The notes beneath the pieces were generated by a model. It made no database searches. It saw nothing but the letters and a program-made list of their open reading frames with translations, and was not told where the DNA came from. From the human T2T-CHM13v2.0 reference genome, Homo sapiens, in assembly GCA_009914755.4 (NCBI GenBank), contig CP068257.2, positions 39,712,001 to 39,776,000 on the forward strand: a stretch of 64,000 nt of DNA, read 5' to 3'. This document shows positions 55,043-64,000 of this stretch, one piece after another. Position 1 is the first letter of the stretch; each line of letters begins with the position of its first letter. Made by a program: the position numbers and the translations under genes.

Positions 55043-56710
55043 TAGGAGGGCAGCTTCTCAGGCCTGGTGGCAGGGGGCTGGATTCCCCATACATGTTTAA
55101 ATAGCTTTCACTGCCCGTGTGTCAGTCAGGTGCAGGGACCTTGCCACCTCTTCCTAGTGGTCTTTGTAAGAATGTAGAAGCATTTCTTTGATAAGTTGAT
55201 AAGTTTTAGGTGACAGGCGAAGCCTTCTTAAAGAATTGTCTCAATGTTTTGAAAACCTCTTATTTAGGATCATGATATGAGACACCTTTTCCTTGAACAA
55301 AAACTTTTAAAAGTCTGTTTAGAGTGAAGAAGCTGTTGTACATTCATAATTTAATAAAATAATTATAAAGGAAAATGATAAAGGCGGTACCCTCAGAGTG
55401 GGTACTGGAGAGTGTTTAGAAAGGAGTTTTTAGGTAAGCAGGGCATAGGGAAGCCAGCAAGAAGGGGGTGGGACAGGAAGGGGAGCAGCTTCCAGAACCC
55501 AAGAAGGAGCAGCATGCAGGGGCCCTGGCAGGTGCAGCGGCAGCAGAGAGCGCCCAGCTCCTTCTCCTCCCTGGCTCCCCTCTCCTGCCACTGCTGCTTA
55601 CTTCTCAACCCAACCAGAATGCTGGGGTGGCCGGGAGGCATCTGATGGTTTCTCCAAGGTTGCCCAGAGCAAGGTGGGGCTGCTGGAGGGCTGCCCGGAC
55701 CCTGCACAGCCCCCTGCAACAACCGCAAAGCCACAGTGAGCCTGGGAGAGTGCCCCTCCCCTGGCCTCCCTGCTGCCACCTGCAGCCTGGTCCTTTACCC
55801 AGCGTGTCCCGTAAGATGGCCATCAGCCTGGGCACAAGGCAGGAGAGAGTAAGGGTGTGGGATGGCCAGTCCTTCTCCGTGCTCTGGGTTCAGCATTTGG
55901 GGCAGTGAGACTACGGGGTGGAGAGTCTGAATGCCAGAGGGCAGGCACGGGACCCTGGGCGAGTCCCATAGTTGGAAGACGGGACAATACCTCCCTATAG
56001 GGCACGGGACAAAGGTCGCGGGTTCTCAGGGCTTCACGGCAGGAGCGTGAGGGCCCCCACCCCAAGGAACTCAGCACCGCTCCCACCTTTCCTGGGTTCA
56101 GTAGCATCGGAGGATCCTGCCTCAAAGGGCACTATCAGGATTCCCCTTGCTCCTCCTTCGGGATGTCCGGCTTCTCCTCCAGGCTTTCACCACCTTCTTC
56201 CCACTCCTTGAGAGGGGTTCCATGGCCCCTGGATGGGTCTCACTGCTCCACATTCCCGCCATCCCCCACCCCCCACACTAACCAGGGCTGCCCACCGGGA
56301 CAATTACAGGGCCTGGGGCAGACACCTGACATGCTGACTCCAGCTGCAGAAAGACGGGGAGCCTGGACATGTACCGGAGCCCCAGCATCTGCCTCCATCA
56401 CTTCCAGGGCAGTGTGGTGGGGGCTATGGCTGTGGTGAGGACTGTGGCTATAGCCACTTGCTCATGTCCATCGGAGCTCAGGGTGCTTACTCCGGCAGCG
56501 AACACTTCCCAAGGATAGCAGCACCTCCCAGGGCCCTGTGCCCCTTTGCATCTGCTCAGTCCAGACCCCCTCACCTACTACCAGGCCCCAGGGAGAGCCA
56601 GAAAGTGCAGACGAGGCCTTTGGGGACAGCAGGGCAGGTTCTGGGAGCGAAGGGCCCAGTGCCACTTCTTTAAAAGGAAACTGAGGATATTTGGGGAACC
56701 TCTCGCTCAG

Positions 56711-56845
56711 GAATCGTAACCAGGTGTCCGCTGGTGCTGAAACTGAAAAAGCAGCCCTGTGAGGCATGGGCCGGAAGGATCAGCTACCGGAACACCGAGC
56801 TAGAGCTTCAGGACCCTGGCCAGGTGGAGAAAGAGATACACAAAG
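56711..56845 (+). CDS. MX2: MX2 coding exon 4 ([46 protein letters not shown])
   Basis: Acceptor tctcgctcag|GAATCGTAACC and donor CAAAG|GTGGGC. Matches the MX2 GTPase domain and contains the switch-I Thr (IVTRCP). Confidence 0.85.
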
Positions 56846-58097
56846 GTGGGCCCACGTCATTCTGAGGTTCGGATCTGGCAGCCGCTCCTCTCACTTCCTC
56901 GGTTCCTTCTCCTCTTCCTCAAGTCACCCCCACAGTGACCACTCAGCTCCTAGCCCCATGTGCTCCCACATGGGGCTGAACCCATTGCTGTCACCTCCAC
57001 CATCCCTCCAGGTCCTTGTCCAGGTCCCCTCTCATCGAGTCATCCCATGCCGAGGACCCTCTGGTGGCTTCCCTTAGCAGCCTGCAGCCCACGTGGCTGG
57101 CCTTGCCTGTCCTCTCCCGCTCCCCGCCAGCCCAGGCTTTCTCTACTCCACAGGGTACTCGCCCTCTCTTCCTTCCAGGTTTCTCCCCTTCACCTGCCCA
57201 ATCCCTACTCGATCTTTGGATCTCAGGTCACCTGCGCCCCCTTTGGAAATGCTGCTGCAGGACCCCTGGTCCCACCCCAGGTGTCACAACCATGGCTTGT
57301 CTTCCTGAAGTTCAGCTCTAACCCTGGCCAGCCACCTTGTGGCCACCTTTCCTCCCAGCACCCCCTCCAAATGCAGACCCCTCTCACCCAGCTGTGGAAC
57401 AAGTTTCCCAATGCTTGTTCTTGGCCATGGCTGATCAGAAAAGGCTCAGTTGCTCCTGGAGTCCACACCCTTCTCCCCCGAGGGGCCCTAGTGGTTACGT
57501 CCCTTGGAGTGCACAGCCCTGCCTGCCCCAGGCACTGGAGCCTCTCAACCTCCCTAAAGGCTTCTCCCCTATCCTGCCTGCACAGCCTGTCCTGGACTCA
57601 GCCAGGATAGATGGAAAAACAATCCTGAATGTACTAAGACTCCCTGCAGGGAGGAACTAAGTCCAAGGAAGGCCTTTTGCATTACTGGATAGCAAACTCA
57701 GTGTCTGAGCGGGGGCCCTTTAGACGACCCTGTGGGCTCAGCCCTTTCCCACAGAACCCCTGTCTGCCTGGATCAAATGGCTTTCTGGAGGAATCCCTTC
57801 CCAAATAGAGAGGTCTTCACTCCAATTTCCGTGTTCACCCCTCTAAAACAGAAGCTGCTGGATACCCTCAATTAGCAAGTTTCCTAACTTCAAATTGCAA
57901 AAGGTCTGCACCCCAGCTGTGCCCACCACAGCTACTGTGGTGCTCCCAGGACATCTTGCAATGTTCGTTGACATCTGTCTGGAGTCTCACCAGCTGTGAG
58001 CTCTGTGGGGCAGGGCCAGGAGAGCTGTCTCTAGCAGACCAACAGCACACCATATGTGCAGGCTTGGTCAAAGTTTTGGGTAAGAATGAATAGTGAG

Positions 58098-58401
58098 GGC
58101 CAGGCGCGGTGGCTCAAGCCTGTAATCCCAGCACTTTGGGAGGCCGAGGCAGGCGGATCACGAGGTCAGGAGATCAAGACCATCCTGGCTAACATGGTGA
58201 AACCCCGTCTCTTCTAAAAATACAAAAAATTAGCCGGGCGCAGTGGCAGGCACCTGTAGTCCCAGCTACTTAGGAGGCTGAGGCAGGAGAATGGCATGAA
58301 CCCGAAAGGCAGAGCTTTCAGTGAGCCGAGATCGTGCCACTGCACTCCAGCCTGGGCGACAGAGCGAGACTCTGTCTCAAAAAAAAAAAAAAAAAAAAAA
58401 A
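58098..58401 (+). mobile_element. Alu (+, AluY-like, pure A23 tail) with 15-bp TSD AGAATGAATAG(T/C)GAG
   Basis: GGCCAGGCGCGGTGGCTCAAGCCTGTAATCCCAGCACTTTGGGAGGCCGAGGCAGGCGGATCACGAGGTCAGGAGATCAAGACC... Flanks are taagaatgaatagtgag|Alu|agaatgaatagcgag. Confidence 0.9.
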
Positions 58402-59103
58402 GAATGAATAGCGAGCAAACCCAAGACAAGACATCTTTAGAATAGCATCTTGGAACCCCCTCCACTGCTGGTGGGAATGTAAGTTGGTGCAACCACTTTG
58501 GAAAACCATCTGGCAATCTTCACTAAAGCAGTTGGCAGGAGGCCATACTTCCTTACCTTGTGGACTTCTCCATAGCTACTTAGTGTCCCTGTGACATGGC
58601 AGCCAGCTTCCCCTAGGGCTAGTCATCCAAAAGGAATCAAGGAGGAAGCCATGATGCATTTAGGAACTAGTCACACACCATCACCTCCACTGCATGTATT
58701 CATTAGAAACAAGCCCCTATGTCCAGCCAATAGACTGGGTGCTTTTGGAGGGAGGAATGTTGAAGGATTTGTGGACATATTTTAAAACCACCACAGCACT
58801 CACTGGAAAATGCTAAAAAGCAGGAAGAAAGAGAACAGAACCCATCCGCAGTCCCATAGCTAACATACCAGAATCTTTTCTTCTCGTCTTTTGGAAAGTG
58901 TAGGTCTGTGCACCTACATATTAAACAGCCATCTTGGTGGCTTCTGAGATCCCTCTGCAGGCTTCTCTGAAATGTTTTCTAAACACCAGGGACCTACTGA
59001 AGCTCTCATACCCTGGAAAGGAGCAGTCATTACCTTCAGGAACTGCTTCCTCACAGGGATCATTAATGAGGGCTCTGGGTTTCTCCCCTCCTGGCCTCCA
59101 TAG

Positions 59104-59258
59104 CCCAGAACGTCATGGCCGGGAATGGCCGGGGCATCAGCCATGAGCTCATCAGCCTGGAGATCACCTCCCCTGAGGTTCCAGACCTGACCATCATTGA
59201 CCTTCCCGGCATCACCAGGGTGGCTGTGGACAACCAGCCCCGAGACATCGGACTGCAG
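59104..59258 (+). CDS. MX2: MX2 coding exon 5 ([52 protein letters not shown]). G3 motif DLPG at 59199-59210.
   Basis: Acceptor ctggcctccatag|CCCAGAACG and donor CTGCAG|GTGAGC. In-frame continuation. The next MX2 exon (IKALIKKYIQ...) is not in the window. Confidence 0.85.
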
Positions 59259-59763
59259 GTGAGCCCTTCTGGAATTTGGGATTGGGCTCTGCTGAAGTGG
59301 GGGAAGGGTCAGAGGTCCCCAGGGTCCTGGTGTACCTCCTGGAGCCTTTACACTGAGGGATGAGGATGGAGTCTCAGGTAAGACCTGCCCAGGTGGGGGC
59401 CTCATGCCCAGGTTCTGACTTGGGCTTGACAAGTCACAGAAAAAAGAGAGTTGGACTCCAGGGGACTGGCAGGCATTTGGGATAGTGTACGCCCTGCCCA
59501 GTCATTCAGGACTGTGAACCCGGTGTGATCAGTTGTGATCAGTTGTGCTGATAGTCAAAAGCGGGCAGAAATTTGGATTTTTACATGAAATCTGTCCATT
59601 TTGGCAATATTTTAAAAAATGAATGTTACATAAGTCATAACATGGACTGTGGTCCTGGTCTGGGCAGGAGAGGCACAGGGGTGAGGGAGGGCGACCGGGC
59701 AATAAGGACACACATCAGCCAACAGCAGGGCTGTGGCTTCTCTGCCAACAACCTACCCATCTA

Positions 59764-60073
<310 letters not shown>

Positions 60074-60608
60074 ACCTGAGGTTGCCTGAAAACATAGTCC
60101 TCGCTCAGGTGCCTGAATCAAATGTGGTCCAGGAAAACTTGTGCATACCCTGTTTGGGTTAGGCCAGTCCCCGGACCAGCCCTGTCATGCTTTGGCAAGC
60201 CAGCTCATGTGGAAATGAAGGAGACAGAGTCGATGCCAGGGCAGGGGAAGGCTGGGGAGATGAGGCCCTCCTTTGCTAGAACTGAGGCCACTTTCCTGGC
60301 TTCTTCCATTTTGTGGGAGACAGTGGCAGTGTTGACAACCCAACCACAACCAAATTAAGGGGTGGCAGCCCTAAGAGCCTCCTGGGTGGGGTCTTCACTA
60401 GCTCTGCTGTTTGGGGCAAAATCTTGGTTAGTGATCTTCCTCAACATCCAAATCGCCATTCTCTGTCTCTCTAAGAGCAGGGAAATTAGCTCGTATCACT
60501 TGCTGAGTTAAGTGATGAATTCCATATTTCTTAGCCCTCCTAGGAGGGTGGCTGATTCATCCATCAAGTTATGGGATTTCCTAGAGACTGCAAAAGATCC
60601 TTGGGTGG

Positions 60609-60992
60609 TGATATGGTTTGGTTCTGTGTCCCCACCCAAATCTCATCTCAAATTGTAATCCCCACGTGTCAAGGGAGGGACCAGGTGGGAGGTGATAGGA
60701 TCATGGGGGTGTTTTCTCCCATGCCGTTCTCGTGATTGAGGGAGTTCTCATGAGAGCTGGTGGCTTTAAAGTGTGGCACTTTCTTGTTCTCGCACACATT
60801 CCCTCCTGCCGCCTTGTGAAGAAGGTGCCTGCACCCCCTTGGCCCTCCCCCATGATTGTAAGTTTCCTGAGGTCTCCTAGCCATGCTTCCTGTTAAGCCC
60901 GTGGAACTGCGAGTCAGTTAAACCTCTTTCCTTTATAATTACCCAGTCTCAGGTAGTGTTCTTTATAGCTGTGTGAGAACGGACTAATACAG
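60609..60992 (+). mobile_element. Solo MaLR LTR (THE1/MST family)
   Basis: TGATATGGTTTGGTTCTGTGTCCCCACCCAAATCTCATCTCAAATTGTAATCCCCACGTGTCAAGGGAGGGACC...CCATGATTGTAAGTTTCCTGAGG...CCTTTATAATTACCCAGTCTCAGGTAGTGTTCTTTATAGCTGTGTGAGAACGGACTAATACAG. Confidence 0.8.
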
Positions 60993-61423
60993 GTGGGATC
61001 AGAACATGCAGCTTCCTCCTGCCACTTCATCCTCTCCTCTATGGAGGATACACATGATTTGGTCTGAGACAGTTTGATCTCAAACAGTTTCATCAAAAGC
61101 AAGTTGGTTGAGACGGCAAAATTTTTCCGTTGTTGTAAATATTGGGGGAAATAAGTGTGCGGTCTCTCTAAGCTTTTCATTTATGTTTCAGATTTCTAAA
61201 GGGCTTTGTTTCTCTACATTCTTTTACTTCTAATTATCAGCTCATAATTACAGCCACGTGCCCTATGGGACTGGTTAATCCCTAACAGTGAGTTATGATG
61301 CACGTTGTACAGTGTGCTCAGTTACCAAGCCTTGACCTGGTGACCAAAAAGAATTCTATCTGAAAGGGTGGCAGTATACGAAAACACTGCCAAGTGAACA
61401 AGTGTTTTATAAAAATTAATTAG

Positions 61424-61547
61424 GTTCCAGCTACTTGGGAGGCTGAGGCTTGAACCTGGGAGGCAGAGGTTGCAGTGAGCCAAGATCGTGCCACTGGACT
61501 CCAGCCTGGGCCACAGAGTGAGATTCTGTCTCAAAAAAAAAAAAAAA
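61424..61547 (+). mobile_element. 5'-truncated Alu (right arm only) with A15 tail. TSD ~AA(T/C)TAATTAGG.
   Basis: TTCCAGCTACTTGGGAGGCTGAGGCTTGAACCTGGGAGGCAGAGGTTGCAGTGAGCCAAGATCGTGCCACTGGACTCCAGCCTGGGCCACAGAGTGAGATTCTGTCTCAAAAAAAAAAAAAAAG. Confidence 0.85.
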
Positions 61548-61978
61548 GAATTAAAAAACTAATTAGGAATAAAATGCCCTACCTTAAGTTTCTTTTGTTT
61601 CTTTAATTCTTGCTTAAATCATTACAAAGGGATTTTGTTATTGAAATTGTCAAGATAGAACAGGAAGAATAAATGTTATTTTATGCCCCATCCCTGTTAA
61701 CATGGAGTATATAAACCTGCAAGTGGCCTTCTGTGAGTGTGAGTGTGAGTGTGTGTCTCCTTACCTGTCTCACTGTCTTATCATCCATGTGTTTACTGGA
61801 GTAGCACTTCTAATTTCTTTCAAGAATTTTTCCTTTGTATTCAACACTTAGCTAACGGGTTGGCACAAGCAGCTTAGCTTTTGGCCTTTACATGCCTTTC
61901 TCACTAAACTCAATCATTTCTAGCTTTTAATTTAAAGTAAGAAACATGCAACTTTTCCTTTTAGTTGAAGGAAGGCCA

Positions 61979-62338
61979 CTGATGGTTTGGCTGTGTCCCC
62001 ACCCAAATCTCATCTTGAATTGTAGCTCCCATAATCCCCACGTGTCGTGGGAGGGACCTGGTGGGAGGTAATTGAATCATGTGGGCAGGTCTTTCCCGTG
62101 CTGTTCTCTTACTAGTGAATATGTCTCATGAGATCTAATGGTTTTATGAAGGGCAGTTCCCCTGCACACGCTCTCTTGACTGCTGCTATGTAAGATGTGC
62201 CTTTGCTCCTCCCTTCCATCATGCTTCTGAGGCCTCCCCAGCCATGTGGAACTGTGAGTCCATTAGACCTCTTTTTCTGTACAAATTTCGCTGTCTCTGG
62301 TATGTCTTTATGAGCAGTGTGAGAACAGACTAATGCAG
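61979..62338 (+). mobile_element. Solo THE1B-type MaLR LTR inserted into Tigger1
   Basis: TGATGGTTTGGCTGTGTCCCCACCCAAATCTCATCTTGAATTGTAGCTCCCATAATCCCCACGTGTCGTGGGAGGGACCTGGTGGGAGGTAATTGAATCATG...CCATGTGGAACTGTGAGTCCATTAGACCTCTTTTTCTGTACAAATT...GCAGTGTGAGAACAGACTAATGCAG. Confidence 0.85.
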
Positions 62339-62712
62339 CCACTCTATTTAGAGGCCACTATAGAGCTATTAATTGGCCTAATTTTATTATTGTGGTGCCT
62401 CAGGGAATAGAGAGAGGGAGAGAGGCTGGGGAGCCGTCATAACACAGGCAACATTTATTAAGTTATCTATCTTATATGGGCCTGCTCCATAGCACCCCAA
62501 AACAATTATAATAAAAACATCCAAAATTGATAATCACACATCACCATAACAGATAGAATAATAATGAAAAAGTTGGAAATAGCACAAAAATTACCAGACA
62601 CAGAGGCAGAAAGTGAATATATGCTGTTGCGAAAAGTGGCACCAATAGGCTTGGTCAACTCAGAGCTGCCACAAACCTTTGATTTGTTAAAAAAAATACA
62701 AATAAAGATAAG

Positions 62713-62942
62713 GGCTGGGCACAGTGGCTCACACCTGTAATCCCAGCACTTTGAGAGGCCGAGGCGGGTAGATCACCTGAGGTCAGGAGTTTGTGCCTGT
62801 AATCCCAGGAGGCTGAGGCAGGAGAATCACTCGAACCCGGGAGGCGGAGCTTGCAGTGAGCTGAGATCACGCCACTGCACTACAGCCTGGGCAACAGAGT
62901 AATACTCCATCTCAAAAAAAAAAAAAAAAAAAAAAAAAAAAA
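62713..62942 (+). mobile_element. Alu (+) with ~75-bp internal deletion and a long A-tail, inserted near the Tigger1 terminus
   Basis: GGGCTGGGCACAGTGGCTCACACCTGTAATCCCAGCACTTTGAGAGGCCGAGGCGGGTAGATCACCTGAGGTCAGGAGTTTGTGCCTGTAATCCCAGGAGGCTGAGGCAGGAGAATCACTCGAACCCGGGAGGCGGAGCTTGCAGTGAGCTGAGATCACGCCACTGCACTACAGCCTGGGCAACAGAGTAATACTCCATCTCA(A)n. Confidence 0.85.
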
Positions 62943-64000
62943 CAAATCTGCAAAGCACAATAAAGCGAAGCACAATAAAAGGAGGTTTGCCCGTGCACAC
63001 TCTCTCCACATCTGAGCCTTCTCAGGTATAAGTGCTGCCTTCAAGAGAGAAAAAAATTTATGTTTTCTTAGAGCAAACTGCATGAGAGAACAGGGTCACA
63101 GGAGTTTAGAGGAGCAATGAAAACTGTCATTGTGGCTGTGAGAGGCTGGGAGTGTGAAAGAGTAGGGAGTAAGAACTGTTATGGCAGAGGGAAAATTCGG
63201 ATCAAGACCAGTCTGGGAATCCATCCCGAAACATCTCCTTCTCCATCACCTTCCCACCCTCCTTGGCCCCCTGTAGTCTGTCCTAGACCTCTCTCCTGCA
63301 GATCGGGGCCTCCAGGTCCCACAGGCTCCCTGGAGCCCCAGGGTCCTGCCCTACCCAACCTGGCTGAGGCCTCCAGGTGGCCTGTCTGAGCACCAGGAAG
63401 CCATTGCTGGGAATTCCTCGATTCTTTGACATTGTCCTCCACGTTCCTGGGCTTGTGAAGGAACATCCTCCTCCATGTTCCTGGAACTTCAGCCTTTGCT
63501 TGGCTCAGGAGCCTGAACTCCCCAGGATGTCCAGGAGTGTCCGAAGGAGAGAATACAGTCACAGGTTCTTAGTTTCTGTTTCTGGTTGGGCCAGTAAAGC
63601 CCCTTCCTCATCCCACTTTTCCACTTACTACTAAAGACAGAAACCAAAAACCATGGCTTCAGGCTGCTAAAAACCTAAAACAAAACAGAACAACAACAAC
63701 AACAAAATAAGGCAGGTTGGACAAGCTTAGTCATAGAGTCAAAGCTTCCTGCACGCAATCGTGTGCCTTTCTGGAGTCCCACCACGCTTTCCCTTCGTAT
63801 TTTTGTGTCTCTTCTCAGATTCTTCATTGTCTTTGATTTCCAAAGGCACTGCCAAGGTCAGACTGCTGGTCATGTGCACCCTGTGTTCCTCCCCTCCCGG
63901 TCTTCCTGAGAAGTCATGGAAATCTTAGCTCCTCCAGCAAGAACACATGTGTCTTTCATTTGAAAGATTCATGCCTCTCCTCCATGTGAAAGCCGATTAA

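Larger units (their letters stand above)
61650..63005 (-). mobile_element. Tigger1 (pogo-like DNA transposon) terminal ~1 kb, antisense to the transposase. Split by a THE1B LTR (61979-62338) and an Alu (62713-62942). Ends with the terminal repeat ...GCAAAGCACAATAAAGCGAAGCACAATAAAAGGAGGTTTGCCCG.
   Basis: Matches recalled Tigger1 consensus segments (…tcattcgtgtgttcactggagtagcacttttaatttccttcaagaacttttcctttgcattcacaacttggctaac…ggcctagcttttggcc…gcttaatcatttctagcttttgatttaaag… / …gaggccattgtagggttattaattggcctaatttcaatattgttgtgtctcagggaatag… / …cataacagatataataataatgaaaaagtttgaaata…ccacaaaccttcaatttgtaaaaaa…gcgaagcgcaataaagcgaagcgcaataaaacgaggtatgcctg). Continuity across both insertions. Confidence 0.7.

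Noticed and set aside
54811-55104. Family of 65-105 aa ORFs on both strands (GETGHWER… / PVSPS…)
   Set aside because: Produced by the ~18-bp minisatellite in MX2 intron 3. Not coding.

Overview
This is human genomic DNA, not a prokaryotic or accessory locus. Alu, L1, MaLR and Tigger1 repeats make up well over half of the window. By protein-level recognition of the exon translations, it covers the 3' two-thirds of FAM3B (PANDER, six coding exons on the + strand ending with a stop at 33806-33808), a ~4.8 kb intergenic gap, then the 5' part of the interferon-induced GTPase gene MX2 (MxB) on the + strand, consistent with chr21q22.3. For MX2 I can place a promoter with two tandem perfect ISRE motifs (38521-38560), a TATA-like box, and a predicted very short non-coding exon 1. 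A ~14.8 kb intron 1 follows, then the ATG exon (53447-53766) encoding the complete MX2 N-terminal domain, then exons 3-5 encoding the P-loop and G3 motifs of the GTPase domain. The rest of MX2 lies beyond the window end. Non-genic structure: 17 Alu insertions, several with target-site duplications. One long minus-strand L1 (7075-13760) is split by a solo MaLR LTR, a complete MSTA-type MaLR element, and an old MER-type repeat that itself carries an Alu. A composite + strand L1 3' end spans 29083-32475. A Tigger1 fragment is split by a THE1B LTR and an Alu. There are two intronic minisatellites: 46 bp x6 in FAM3B, and ~18 bp x20 in MX2 intron 3. There are two unusual low-copy direct duplications: 160 bp flanking a FAM3B exon, and a 98%-identical 100 bp pair 1.5 kb apart in MX2 intron 1. 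An Sp1-box/CpG-rich island carrying a GAS palindrome sits inside MX2 intron 1. I see no evidence of an undescribed gene system. The noteworthy points are regulatory (ISRE promoter, intronic CpG island) and structural (VNTRs, duplications, nested transposons).
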